In this document: one piece after another, positions 17,689 through 27,996 of the stretch
Layout of the letters: each line of letters opens with the position of its first letter
Numbering within the stretch: position 1 is the first letter of the stretch
From: an uncultured bacterium
GTDB taxonomy: Bacteria > Krumholzibacteriota > Krumholzibacteriia > Krumholzibacteriales > Krumholzibacteriaceae
DNA: 64,000 nt
Direction: 5' to 3'
Assembly (NCBI GenBank): GCA_963786935.1
Contig: CAWBAN010000001.1
Coordinates: forward strand, 64,001-128,000
Program-made: the position numbers and the translations under genes
The notes under the pieces: model-generated
Database searches by the model: none
The model's input: only the letters and a program-made list of their open reading frames with translations
Told to the model about the DNA's origin: nothing

Positions 17689-19717
17689 AGGTGTCCCCCT
17701 CCTCGATCGTGTCGACGATATCCATTCCCTTCGTGACGCGGCCGACGACCGTGTAGCGCCCGTTGAGGTGCGGCTGCGGCGTGTGCGTGACGAAGAACTG
17801 GCTCCCCGCCGTGTCCAATCCCGAATCGGCCATGCCGACGGTTCCCCGCTCGTAGCGATGCATGTTGTTCTCGTTGCGCAGGAGGAATCCCGCGTCCCCC
17901 CAGCCGTCGCCGCGCGGGCATCCGCCCTGAATGACGAACGCCGGCACGATGCGGTGGAACACGAAGCCGTCGAAGAAATGCGCCTGCGCGAGCGTGAGGA
18001 GGCTCCGCACGGCGGCGGGCGCTTCGTCGCCGTAGAGGAGGATGTCGATGTCGCCGCGCGAGGTCGAGACGCGGATCGTCACCTCGCCGAGCGGAAGCGC
18101 CGGCTCCTTCCACGGCGTTGTGCCGCGCTTCCACGAGCCCGCGCTCGCAGCTTCGAGCTTCATGCCGAATCCGGACGCGGCGCGCGCCGCGGCGGACGAA
18201 ACCCGCGGGTCGGAGTCGGTGACGGCCCCCGCGAAAAACGCCCGCAGGCCGTATTTCTCGACGCCGTCGTCGCCGATCTTCTTCGCCATCGCGCCGATCG
18301 CGTCGACGACGGCGAGCCGCCGGTCGCCGTCGTTGTACGACGTCGCCGCGCCGTAGACGCCGACGAGGCCGGGGACGGCGTCGGGGAAGCCCGCCTTGCC
18401 GAGCGATTCGATCGCGATGCTCGCGACCACCCAATCGTCCCCCCGCGCGGCGTTCATGAGCGCTTCGAGCGGCGTGATCGCCTTCCCCGTTTCGTCGCGG
18501 CATTCGCACGCCGCCTTGAGAGCGTCCTTCCGTTCCCAGTTGCCGAGCCCAGTCGCCGCTCCCTCGCGCAGGATCGGATCGACGTCCGGCGCGAGCGCCC
18601 GCACGAGGAGGGAGAGGTCGGCCGGATCGCCGATCGTGCCGAGGAGCTCGAGCGCGGTCGAGCGCTCGCTGCGCGGGCCGTCGTTCGCCGCTTTGAGGAG
18701 GATCGGTCTCGCGTCCTGCTTGCCCGTCGCCGCGACGGCGCCGAGGGCCGCCCGCCGCACCATCGAGGAGCGGTCGTTGACGAGCGGCTTCACGAGCTCG
18801 AAGCGCTGCTTGCCGGCGATGGCGGCGATCCCGTTCAGCGCGACCGTTTTCAGATAGTCGTCCCGCGAGGAGAGGAGCGTATCGAGCGCCGCGAGATCCT
18901 GCTTCTTCCCGATGCGTCCGATCGTCTCCGCGGCCTTGATCGCGACCCAGCGATCCGAATCGAGCGTGAGGGGGGCGATCGCCGGCACGGTGCTCCTCGC
19001 CTTGAGCCGGCCGAGCGCCTCAACGGCGCGGAACCGCACCTCGGGCTCCTGGTGCGTGAGCAGGTCGACGATCCGCTCGATCGCCTTCGTATAGCCGAGC
19101 CGCCCCATGGCGTAGGCCGCGCACGCCGCGACGCGCGGGTCCGGATCGAAATTGATCGGCTCGAGCTCGACCGCGGAGGCGGAATCGCCGGCGAATGCGA
19201 GCGCGAGCGCCGCCTGCGCCCGCAGACCCGCGTTGAAGTTCCTGAGCCACGGGGCGATGATCGGCGCCGCCGCCTTCATGCCGGTCTTCCCGAGCGCCTC
19301 GAGGGCGTAGGGCTTGATCGACGCCGGCTTCTCCCCGAGGCAGCGCTCGAGGATCTTGAGCGCCTGCTCGCCGCCGACGAGCCCGAGCGAATAGACGGCC
19401 GTCCGCGCGACGAGCTCGTCCGGGTCGTCGCAGAGCGTCGCGAGATACGGCACGAGCGCCTGATTCCCGTTCCGCCCGAGGAGCTCGGCGCAGCGGGCCC
19501 GGATGGCGGGCTCCTTGTCGGCCACGAGCTTCTGGAGGGCCGCCGCGTCGATCGTCTTCGTTTCCTCCATCCGCGCGAGGGCGACGAGCTTCTCCCGCCC
19601 GGCCGGATCCCTGAGGATGCTTTCATACCTGCTCGCGGCCGCGGCCGGCGCGGCGACTCCCGCGAGCGTGCCGGCGATGAGCACCGCCGCGGCGCCTATG
19701 ATCGCCGTTCGTTTCAT
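17666..19717 (-). CDS. Secreted HEAT-repeat protein with C-terminal cyclophilin PPIase domain
   Basis: Signal peptide, many HEAT repeats, FHRIVPAFVIQGGCPRGDG, GSQFFVTHTPQPHLNGRYT. Confidence 0.88.
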   Translation of the reverse strand: MKRTAIIGAAAVLIAGTLAGVAAPAAAASRYESILRDPAGREKLVALARMEETKTIDAAALQKLVADKEPAIRARCAELLGRNGNQALVPYLATLCDDPDELVARTAVYSLGLVGGEQALKILERCLGEKPASIKPYALEALGKTGMKAAAPIIAPWLRNFNAGLRAQAALALAFAGDSASAVELEPINFDPDPRVAACAAYAMGRLGYTKAIERIVDLLTHQEPEVRFRAVEALGRLKARSTVPAIAPLTLDSDRWVAIKAAETIGRIGKKQDLAALDTLLSSRDDYLKTVALNGIAAIAGKQRFELVKPLVNDRSSMVRRAALGAVAATGKQDARPILLKAANDGPRSERSTALELLGTIGDPADLSLLVRALAPDVDPILREGAATGLGNWERKDALKAACECRDETGKAITPLEALMNAARGDDWVVASIAIESLGKAGFPDAVPGLVGVYGAATSYNDGDRRLAVVDAIGAMAKKIGDDGVEKYGLRAFFAGAVTDSDPRVSSAAARAASGFGMKLEAASAGSWKRGTTPWKEPALPLGEVTIRVSTSRGDIDILLYGDEAPAAVRSLLTLAQAHFFDGFVFHRIVPAFVIQGGCPRGDGWGDAGFLLRNENNMHRYERGTVGMADSGLDTAGSQFFVTHTPQPHLNGRYTVVGRVTKGMDIVDTIEEGDTFSIRAVQ

Positions 19718-19802
19718 CGGTTCCTCCTTCATGCGATTTCTCGAGACATTTCCATTGGCCGCTGGAGTATAATGCCTCCGCGCGCTTTTGTAGAGACATG
19801 AA

Positions 19803-19862
19803 ATCGGGGCGCCGTCCGCGGCGCCGATCGGGAGCGCCGTCCGCGGCGCCGATCGGGGCGCC
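19803..19862. repeat. GC-rich tandem repeat, 24-25 bp unit x2.5
   Basis: atcggggcgccgtccgcggcgccg / atcgggagcgccgtccgcggcgccg / atcggggcgcc. Confidence 0.75.
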
Positions 19863-19884
19863 TTGTGCGGCGCGGGGTGAAGCG

Positions 19885-20643
19885 ATGGCCCATCGAATGA
19901 TACAGTTCGCGCCCGGCGACACTTTCCTGCACCGGCTCCATCCGCTCTCGAAGCTTTTCGCCGCGGTCATCGTCTCGATCGCGGCGTTTGTCTTCGATTC
20001 GTGGATCGCGGTCGCGGCGCTCGCCGCGCTCGTCGCCGTTCTCCACGCGCCGCGGGGGATCGGGGCGGCGCGGCTGCGGGTCGTCCTCGCCTCGTTTCCG
20101 CTTTTCGGCGCGCTCATCGTGCTCGCCAACGTTTTTCTCGTGCGCGGAGAGGGGGTCTGGTGGCGGGACGCGATCGCGGGCCTCGTGCAGAGCCTGCGCG
20201 TGCTCACGCTCATCGCGACCGCGAACCTCTATCTCGCCGTGACGGACCCGATCGATCTTTCGGATGCGGTCGTCCGCGCGCTCTCGCCGCTCAGGCGCGC
20301 GGGCGTGCGCGTCGGCGAGATCTCTCTCATGACGATGATCGCCTTCAGCTTCATCCCGCTCATGGCGGACGAGGTGCGGCGCCTCGAGCTCGCGCAGGCC
20401 GCGCGCTGCGGGTTCCCCAAGCGCGGGCCGGCAGCGATCCGGGCCGCGGTGCCGCTGCTCGCGCCCCTCTTTATCGGCGTCTTCCGGCGGGCCGACGAGA
20501 TCGACACGGCGCTCCGCGTCCGCTGCTACCGTATGGACGCGCCGCGGAGCTCGTTCCGCGGGACCTGGTGGAAGGCGGCGGACGGCCTCGTCTGCGCCGC
20601 CGTGCTCGTCCTCTTCGTCGCGGGGTTGTATGCGCACGTTTAA
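19885..20643 (+). CDS. ecfT: Energy-coupling factor transporter T component (EcfT/CbiQ)
   Basis: GDTFLHRLHPLSKL start, FIPLMADE...AQAARCG, RRADEIDTALRVRCY; directly upstream of truA. Confidence 0.8.
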   Translation: MAHRMIQFAPGDTFLHRLHPLSKLFAAVIVSIAAFVFDSWIAVAALAALVAVLHAPRGIGAARLRVVLASFPLFGALIVLANVFLVRGEGVWWRDAIAGLVQSLRVLTLIATANLYLAVTDPIDLSDAVVRALSPLRRAGVRVGEISLMTMIAFSFIPLMADEVRRLELAQAARCGFPKRGPAAIRAAVPLLAPLFIGVFRRADEIDTALRVRCYRMDAPRSSFRGTWWKAADGLVCAAVLVLFVAGLYAHV

Positions 20644-21352
20644 GCTCACCGTCGAGTACGACGGGACGGATTTCTTCGGCTGGCAGGCCCAGCCGGACCT
20701 TCGCACCGTGCAGAGGTCGCTGGGCGATGCCATCTACCACGCGACGCAGGAGCGGAGCGTCGTCACGGGCGCCGGGAGAACCGACGCGGGGGTGCACGCG
20801 GCCGGCCAGGTGGCGAGCTTCAGCTCCGGGACGCGGCTCGCGCCGGACGTGCTCCGGCGCGCCATCAACGGATGGCTCCCCAAGGACATCCGGGTTCGGA
20901 GCGTCGAGGAGGCCTCCGCGAGCTTCAACGCCCGCCACGACGCGAAGAGCCGCACGTACCATTACCTATTCATCCGCCGCGAGACCGCGCTCTGGCGGAG
21001 CCACTACTGCTACGTCAAAGGGGCTCTCGACCTCCGCGCCATGCGGCGCGCGCTCGCCGATCTCGTCGGCGAGAAGGACTTCACGACGTTCACCACGGCG
21101 GATGACGGCTCCACGAACAAGCGCTGCGACGTGACGAGGGCCGAGCTCGTCGAGACGCCGCCGCTCCTCACGCTCGAGCTCACCGCCGACCATTTCCTCC
21201 ACCATATGGTCCGCGCGATCGCGGGCACCCTGCTCGACTTCGGCAGGGGCAAACCGTTGAGCATGGAGGACATCATCGCCGCCCGCGATTCCTCCCGCGC
21301 CGGCCAGACGCTCCCGCCGCACGCCCTCTACCTCATGGCCGTCCGCTACTGA
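20630..21352 (+). CDS. truA: tRNA pseudouridine(38-40) synthase
   Basis: YDGTDFFGWQAQ, GAGRTDAGVHA, FNARHDA, FLHHMVR. Confidence 0.95.
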   Translation: MRTFKLTVEYDGTDFFGWQAQPDLRTVQRSLGDAIYHATQERSVVTGAGRTDAGVHAAGQVASFSSGTRLAPDVLRRAINGWLPKDIRVRSVEEASASFNARHDAKSRTYHYLFIRRETALWRSHYCYVKGALDLRAMRRALADLVGEKDFTTFTTADDGSTNKRCDVTRAELVETPPLLTLELTADHFLHHMVRAIAGTLLDFGRGKPLSMEDIIAARDSSRAGQTLPPHALYLMAVRY

Positions 21353-21427
21353 GCGAGCGGCGGAACTATTTTCAAAGTAATGAGTTAGGTATCGTCGCAG
21401 GGCCTCGCCGCGTCCGTCCGAAATCCA

Positions 21428-21456
21428 TTGTCGCCGCGCCTCCGTATATGTATAAT
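21428..21456 (+). promoter_or_regulatory. Putative sigma70 promoter for transaldolase-htrA-pur genes
   Basis: TTGTCG-17 bp-TATAAT with TG extension. Confidence 0.65.
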
Positions 21457-21521
21457 GAAGGTTTCCAGCGGATGCCCGCCCCGAGGGGCGGCATGGAACG
21501 GATGCAAAAGCAGGAGGAACC

Positions 21522-22169
21522 ATGAAATTCTTCATCGATACCGCAAATATAGCGGAGATCCGGGAGGCGGCATCTCTCGGGATCATCGACGGTTGCACGA
21601 CCAACCCGACGCTTCTCTCGAAGGAGAAGGGCTCGTACAAGGAGATCCTCGCGGAGATCTGCGAGATCATCGAGGGGCCGGTGAGCGCGGAGGTGGTTTC
21701 TCTGGAAGCGGCGGGGATGGTCAAGGAGGGAAAGGAACTCTGCAAGGTCGCCGACAACATCATCATCAAGGTGCCGTGCATCCGCGAGGGGATCAAGGCG
21801 ATCGGGATGTTCAAGAAGGAAGGCATCCAGACGAACGCGACGCTGTGCTTTTCGGCGATGCAGGGGCTCGTCGTCGCCAAGGCCGGCGCCTCGTACGTGA
21901 GCCCCTTCGTCGGGCGCGTGGACGACGTGGGCAATCCCGGCATGGATCTCATCCGCGAGCTCGTGCAGATCTACAACAACTACTCGTTCGGCACGCAGGT
22001 CATCGTGGCGAGCATTCGTCATCCGCAGCACGTCTACGAATCGGCGCTCATCGGGGCGGACGTCGCGACGATTCCCTACAAGGTGCTCGAACAGCTCATC
22101 AAGCACCCGCTCACGGACACGGGAATCAAGAGCTTCCTCGCTGATTGGGAGAAGGTCACGAAGAAGTAA
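21522..22169 (+). CDS. tal: Transaldolase / fructose-6-phosphate aldolase family
   Basis: [38 protein letters not shown]. Confidence 0.92.
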   Translation: MKFFIDTANIAEIREAASLGIIDGCTTNPTLLSKEKGSYKEILAEICEIIEGPVSAEVVSLEAAGMVKEGKELCKVADNIIIKVPCIREGIKAIGMFKKEGIQTNATLCFSAMQGLVVAKAGASYVSPFVGRVDDVGNPGMDLIRELVQIYNNYSFGTQVIVASIRHPQHVYESALIGADVATIPYKVLEQLIKHPLTDTGIKSFLADWEKVTKK

Positions 22170-22207
22170 CCGGCGCACGGCGCCGGGCCCGGTCCGGAGA
22201 ATCTACC

Positions 22208-23406
22208 ATGGCGCTATTCGAAAGCAGGGGGAACGAGCCGTTCCCATCGTCCTCGGAGTCCTTTTCGGACTCTGCATCGCGCTCCTCGTCGTGTCGATCG
22301 TCATGCTCAGGCGGGCGGGCGAGGGGGGCGCGGCGGACGGCGGACGAACGTCCTCGCGGGCCGCGCAGGAGGAGCGCACGGGCGCGATCGTCGAGGCGAC
22401 GCGGCGCGCGAGCCCCGCGGTCGTGTCGGTGACGGCCGTCGGCACGGGCGACATCAGCGCGAATCCCGAGCTCTACTTCCGCTACCTCCAGATGTACTAC
22501 TTCAACCCCTCCCGGCTCGAGCAGCTCGGGGGGAGCCCCGTGCTCCAGTACACGAAGTTCGGGTCGGGGATCATCCTGTCCTCGGACGGGCACATTCTCA
22601 CGAACGAGCACGTCACGCGCGACGCCGAGCGCATCATCGTCACCATGAACGACGGGACGAAGGCCGAGGCGTCGGTCATCGGCTCGGACGCGATCTACGA
22701 TCTCGCGCTCCTCAAGATCGAAGCGAAGAACCTCGCGTACGCGCCGCTCGGCGATTCGGACCGGCTCGCGATCGGCGAATGGGTCATCGCGATCGGGAGC
22801 CCCTTCGGCTACCTGCTCGGAGATCCGCAGCCGACCGTGACCGTCGGGGTCGTGAGCGCGCTCCATCGCGACGTGAAATCGAGCACCGACGCCCCCGTGT
22901 TCCAGAACATGATCCAGACCGACGCGGCGATCAGCCCCGGCAACAGCGGCGGCCCGCTCGTTTCGAGCGCCGGCGAAGTGATCGGCATCAACACCTTCAT
23001 CATGTCCACGGCGGAAGGGAGCATCCCCGGGATGAGCTTCGCGATCCCGATCAACACGGCGAAGGCCGTCGTCGACGAGATCCTCCAGTACGGCCGCGTG
23101 CGGTTCACGTGGACCGGCATCAGCGTGAGCACCGTCACGCCGGAGGTCGCGCGCCGCTTCGGCTCGAGCGTGACGGGCGGGCTCCTCGTCGAGAAGGTGG
23201 ACGCGGACGGGCCGGGCGCGCAGGCGGGGATCAAGCGCGGCGACGTCATTCTCGAGGTGAACGGATCGAAGGTGAGCACCGCCGAGCAGGCCGCGAAGGC
23301 CGTGTTCGGGCTCCGCGTCGGCGATTCCGTCGACATGGTCATTTACCGCGACGGGAGAACGCAAACGGTGAAATTGAGGCTCGTCGAGCAGCGGCAGGGC
23401 GCCTGA
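22208..23406 (+). CDS. HtrA/DegP-like trypsin protease with PDZ domain (apparent 1-bp frameshift near 22230)
   Basis: GSGIIL, LTNEHV, DLALLK, QTDAAISPGNSGGPL, PDZ; RBS-led ATG at 22208 is out of frame with the TM anchor and catalytic domain. Confidence 0.85.
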
Positions 23407-23458
23407 CGGGCCGTGCGGGCGTCCGAGGCGCCGCGCGGGCTTTCGAAGGAGGTTTCGC

Positions 23459-24760
23459 TTGATTCCGCGATATTCGGTACCCGAAATCACGAAGATCTGG
23501 TCCGAGGAATACAAGTTCGATCTGTGGCGCGAGGTCGAAGTGCTCTACTGCGAGGGGATGGCCGCATACGGCCTCATCCCCGCGAAGGCGGCGCGCGAGA
23601 TCCGCGCCCGGGCGGGGTTCAGCGTCAAGCGGATCGAGCGGATCGAGGAGAAGGTCCGCCACGACGTCATCGCGTTCCTCACCGACATGTCGCGGCGCAT
23701 CGGGCCGTCGGGGCGCTACCTGCACCTCGGCATGACGAGCTCGGATCTCCTCGACACGGCGCTCGCCTGCCAGATGACGGCCGCCGGCCGCGAGATCCTC
23801 GTCCGGCTCAAGCGGCTGCAGCGCGTCCTGCGGAAGCAGGCGGTCCGCTACCGGCATACGCCGATGATCGGGCGGACCCACGGGATGTACGCCGAGCCGA
23901 TCACCTTCGGGCTCAAGATGCTCGTCTGGTACGAGGAGACGGGGCGGAACGTCGCCCGCCTCGAGCGGGCGATCGAGGAGGTGCGCGTCGGGAAGATGAC
24001 CGGCGCCGTCGGCACGCAGACACACATCGACGCCCGCGTCGAGCGCTTCGTCATGAAGCGGCTCGGCCTCGAGACGGCGAACGTCACCACGCAGATCATC
24101 CAGCGCGACCGGCACGCGGCCTACATGGAGACGCTCGCCTTGATCGGCGCCTCTCTCGAGAAGATGGCGACCGAGATCCGCGGCCTCCAGCGGAGCGACG
24201 TCGGCGAGGCCGAGGAGCCGTTCACGCGCGGGCAGAAGGGCTCGAGCGCGATGCCGCACAAGCGCAATCCGATCCTCTGCGAGCGCATCGCCGGCATGGC
24301 GCGCATCCTCAGGGGGAACGCGCACGCCGCCCTCGAGAACGTCGCGCTCTGGCACGAGCGCGACATCAGCCACTCGTCGGTCGAGCGCGTGATCATCCCC
24401 GATTCGACGATGCTCACGGCGTACATGCTCGAGAAGTTCACGTGGATCGTGGAGAACATGCGGGTGAACAGGAAGCGGATGCGCGCGAACCTCGACCGCA
24501 CGGGCGGGCTCGTCTTTTCCGAGCACGTGCTCCTCGCCCTCGTCGAGAAGGGATTCGCGCGCGAGGCGGCCTACAAGATCGTGCAGCGCGCCGCGATGGA
24601 GGCCATGCAGACGGGGGAGAGCTTCCGGGAGCTCCTCGCCGCCGACGCGCGCCTGCGCGACCGGTTCTCGAAAAAGGAGATCGATGCGCTCTTCGACCTC
24701 GACGCGCATTTCAAGAGCATAGATTTCATCTTCAAACGCACACTGGGGAGAAGGAACTGA
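23459..24760 (+). CDS. purB: Adenylosuccinate lyase
   Basis: TTG start with [30 protein letters not shown]. Confidence 0.96.
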   Translation: MIPRYSVPEITKIWSEEYKFDLWREVEVLYCEGMAAYGLIPAKAAREIRARAGFSVKRIERIEEKVRHDVIAFLTDMSRRIGPSGRYLHLGMTSSDLLDTALACQMTAAGREILVRLKRLQRVLRKQAVRYRHTPMIGRTHGMYAEPITFGLKMLVWYEETGRNVARLERAIEEVRVGKMTGAVGTQTHIDARVERFVMKRLGLETANVTTQIIQRDRHAAYMETLALIGASLEKMATEIRGLQRSDVGEAEEPFTRGQKGSSAMPHKRNPILCERIAGMARILRGNAHAALENVALWHERDISHSSVERVIIPDSTMLTAYMLEKFTWIVENMRVNRKRMRANLDRTGGLVFSEHVLLALVEKGFAREAAYKIVQRAAMEAMQTGESFRELLAADARLRDRFSKKEIDALFDLDAHFKSIDFIFKRTLGRRN

Positions 24761-24763
24761 ACG

Positions 24764-27163
24764 ATGGGTGCCGAACTCAAAGGGATCGTTTCGATACGGG
24801 GTAAATCGGACGCCGAGATCGCGGCGCTCCTCAAGCAGCACGGATTCAACATCACGACGGGGGAGGCGCTCCGCGTCACGGAGCTCCTCGGGCGCGATCC
24901 GACCGTCGTCGAGCTCACGATCTTCAACACGATGTGGAGCGAGCACTGCAGCTACAAGAGCAGCCGCGGCGTGCTCAAGGAGTATCTCCCGACGGAGGCG
25001 CCGAACGTCGTGCTCGGCCCGGGCGAGGATTCGGGCATCATCCGCTTCGCCCCGGCGGAGAAGGGGGACTCGTGGTGCCTCGTCATCAGCCACGAGAGCC
25101 ACAACCATCCGTCGCAGGTGCTCCCCGTCGAGGGGGCGGCGACCGGTATCGGCGGCATCGTGCGCGACGTGTACTGCATGGGCGCCGACGTCGTCGGCAG
25201 CCTCGATCCGCTCCGCTTCGGCGATCCGAACGGGCCGAAGGGGCGGCAGGCGATCTCGATCGCGCGCGGCGTGATCGAGGGAATCGCCGAGTACGGGAAC
25301 GCGCTCGGCGTGCCGAACCTCGGCGGCGACATCGTCTTCGACCGCGGCTACGACGACAACTGCCTCGTGAACGTCGTCGCCGTGGGGATCGTCAAGGAGT
25401 CGCGCGTCATCAGGAGCCGCGTGCCCGAGGCCGCGAAGAAAATCCCCTATAAAATGATACTCATCGGCAAGCCCACCGACGATTCGGGATTCGGCGGCGC
25501 CGCGTTCGCCTCCGAGGATCTCGCGAGCGAGGAGAAGGCGAACCGCGGGGCCGTGCAGGTGCCCGATCCGTTCCTCAAGCGCGTGCTCTCCGAGGCCATG
25601 AAGAAGGTGTTCGAGGCCGCGGCGAACAAAGGGGTCACGATCGGCTTCAAGGACCTCGGCGCCGGCGGCATCGCGTGCGCCACTTCCGAGCTCGCGCACG
25701 CCGGCGGATTCGGCGTGAAAATCGACCTCGACAAGGTCAACCTCGCCATGGGCACGTACCCGAGCGCCGTGATTTCCTGCTCCGAGACGCAGGAGCGCTA
25801 CGCGATGGCGGTGCCCGCCGATTTCGCCCCCGAGGTGTTGAAGATCTACAACGAGGATTTCGACCTGCCGCACATCTATCACGGCGCGGGCGCCGTCGTC
25901 ATCGGCGACATCACGCTCGAGCCGAACTACACGATCGAAACGGCGGGCGCGGTCGTCTGCAGCGCGCCGGTCGACGTCATCACGACCGGCATCAAGTACG
26001 ATCGCGCGGGGAAGCCGCGCCGGCGCCTCTTCGAGGAGCCGAAGCTCGATCCCGCGCGCTCGCTGCGCGACGATTTTCTCGCGATGGTCTCGTCCCCGAA
26101 CGGCGCTTCGCGCAACTACGTCTACCGGCGCTACGACGCCGAGGTGCAGGGGAGGGCCGTGCTCCGGCCCGGCGAGGCGGACGCCTCCGTCATCGCGCCG
26201 ATCCCCGGCCGCATGACGGGGCTCGCGTTCTCCGTCGACGGGAATCCGTTCTACGGCCTCATCGATCCGTACCAGGGCGGGGCGCTCGGCGTCTGCGAGG
26301 CCGCGCGCAACGTCGCCGCCGTCGGCGCCGTTCCCGCCACGATCACCGACTGCCTCAACTACGGCAATCCCGAGGTCGAGGAGGTCTTCTGGGAATTCTC
26401 CGAAGGGGTGCGCGGCATCGGCGACGCGTGCCGCGGGATCGGGCATCTCGCGCACGAGGGCGCGCCGCTCCCCGTCGTCTCGGGCAACGTGAGCTTCTAC
26501 AACCAGAGCGAGAGCGGGAAATCGATCCCGCCGTCTCCGGTGCTCTGCTGCGTCGGCGTCGTCGAGGACTATTCGAAATGCCGCTCGATCCAGTTCAAGG
26601 AGGAAGGCGACGGTCTCTTCCTCCTCGGCGACATCCTCGACGAGCTCGGCGGGAGCGAATACTACCGCCTCGTCTACGGCGCGTCGGGCGCGAACGTGCC
26701 GAAGGCCGATTTTCTCAGGGACCGGCGGCTCATCCGCACCGTCGTCGAGATGCATACGCTCGGCTGGGTGCGCGCCTGTCACGACGTGAGCCAGGGCGGG
26801 CTCCTCACCGCGCTCGCCGAGATGGCGCTCGGCGGCCGCGGCGCCGGAGACGTCGGCTTCACGCTCGATCTCGATCTCCTGGCGAATTTCAAGCTCCCGG
26901 CGGAGAAGCTCCTCTTCTCCGAGACGGGCTGCTTCGTCGTCGAGCTCTCATCCGAGGCCGCCGAGCGGGAGATCCTCGGCGTCTGCGCGCGGAACCGCGT
27001 GAACCTCACGCGGCTCGGTGAGCTCAAGGGACGCCCGAAGCTCGAGGTCATGCGGGGAAAGAAGAGCATGGCCGCGTGGGATCTCGCGGAGCTCCGCGGC
27101 GCCTACCTCTCGGGCTGCCGCCCCATATTCGGCGTCGGAGAGAACGGGGGTGATCGCGCGTGA
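24764..27163 (+). CDS. purL: Phosphoribosylformylglycinamidine synthase subunit PurL (small type)
   Basis: MWSEHCSYKSS, ESHNHPS, DLGAGG, DCLNYGNP, VVSGNVSFYN, HDVSQGG. Confidence 0.96.
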   Translation: MGAELKGIVSIRGKSDAEIAALLKQHGFNITTGEALRVTELLGRDPTVVELTIFNTMWSEHCSYKSSRGVLKEYLPTEAPNVVLGPGEDSGIIRFAPAEKGDSWCLVISHESHNHPSQVLPVEGAATGIGGIVRDVYCMGADVVGSLDPLRFGDPNGPKGRQAISIARGVIEGIAEYGNALGVPNLGGDIVFDRGYDDNCLVNVVAVGIVKESRVIRSRVPEAAKKIPYKMILIGKPTDDSGFGGAAFASEDLASEEKANRGAVQVPDPFLKRVLSEAMKKVFEAAANKGVTIGFKDLGAGGIACATSELAHAGGFGVKIDLDKVNLAMGTYPSAVISCSETQERYAMAVPADFAPEVLKIYNEDFDLPHIYHGAGAVVIGDITLEPNYTIETAGAVVCSAPVDVITTGIKYDRAGKPRRRLFEEPKLDPARSLRDDFLAMVSSPNGASRNYVYRRYDAEVQGRAVLRPGEADASVIAPIPGRMTGLAFSVDGNPFYGLIDPYQGGALGVCEAARNVAAVGAVPATITDCLNYGNPEVEEVFWEFSEGVRGIGDACRGIGHLAHEGAPLPVVSGNVSFYNQSESGKSIPPSPVLCCVGVVEDYSKCRSIQFKEEGDGLFLLGDILDELGGSEYYRLVYGASGANVPKADFLRDRRLIRTVVEMHTLGWVRACHDVSQGGLLTALAEMALGGRGAGDVGFTLDLDLLANFKLPAEKLLFSETGCFVVELSSEAAEREILGVCARNRVNLTRLGELKGRPKLEVMRGKKSMAAWDLAELRGAYLSGCRPIFGVGENGGDRA

Positions 27164-27996
27164 AGGGCGTTTATCGTGATCGCGTCGCCGTCATCCAGTT
27201 CCCCGGCGTGAATTGCGAGTACGAGACCGCTTCGGCGGTGCGGACGATCGGGCTCGAAGCCGGCATCTTCCGCTGGAACGAGGATCCGGCGCTCCTCGAC
27301 GAATGCGCCGCGATCGTTCTTCCCGGCGGATTCTCCTATCAGGACCGCATCCGCGCCGGCGTCGTCGCGGCGAAGGACCGCATCATGGACAAGGTGTCGG
27401 AGCTCGCGCGCGGCGGACGGCCGGTGCTCGGCATCTGCAACGGCGCACAGGTGCTCGTCGAGTCGGGGCTCATCCCCGGCATTCACTGGGAGAAGGTCGA
27501 CCTCGCGCTCGCGCCGAACGTCATGGCCGACCGCGAAGGTTACTACTGCAACTGGGTGTTTCTCAGAAAAGAGCGGAGCCGCTGCGTCTGGACGGCCCGC
27601 TACGCCGAAGGAGAGGTCGTTCCGGTCCCGATCGCGCACGCCGAGGGGCGCTTCGTGACGGAGGACGCCGGCGTGCTCGACGAGATGAAGAAGAACGATC
27701 AGATCGCCCTCAGATATTGCGACGCCGCCGGAGCGATCGTCGATTCGTTCCCCGTCAATCCGAACGGCTCGGTGGAGAACATCGCGGGGGTGTGCAGCCG
27801 CGAGGGGAACGTGCTCGCGATGATGCCCCATCCCGAGCGCGCGACGTGGCTGCGGCAGGTCCCCGAGGATCTCGGCGGCCGCTGGGGGCGCGACCGGCGC
27901 CGGGCGGCGGGGGAGGCGTCCCGCATGGAGAGCGCCGGGCCGGGACGGGCGTTTTTCGCCGCGCTCCGCGGCGCGAAGGAAGGTGACGCGCGATGA
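27160..27996 (+). CDS. purQ: Phosphoribosylformylglycinamidine synthase glutaminase subunit
   Basis: FPGVNCE, PGGFSYQD, LGICNGAQ, IAHAEGRF, MMPHPER. Confidence 0.95.
   Translation: MKGVYRDRVAVIQFPGVNCEYETASAVRTIGLEAGIFRWNEDPALLDECAAIVLPGGFSYQDRIRAGVVAAKDRIMDKVSELARGGRPVLGICNGAQVLVESGLIPGIHWEKVDLALAPNVMADREGYYCNWVFLRKERSRCVWTARYAEGEVVPVPIAHAEGRFVTEDAGVLDEMKKNDQIALRYCDAAGAIVDSFPVNPNGSVENIAGVCSREGNVLAMMPHPERATWLRQVPEDLGGRWGRDRRRAAGEASRMESAGPGRAFFAALRGAKEGDAR

Noticed and set aside
18543..18556. Fourth copy of the hairpin element (ccgagcccagtcgc)
   Set aside because: Only 14 bp match, with no loop remainder or outer arms; it encodes ATGLG in a HEAT repeat and is probably chance.
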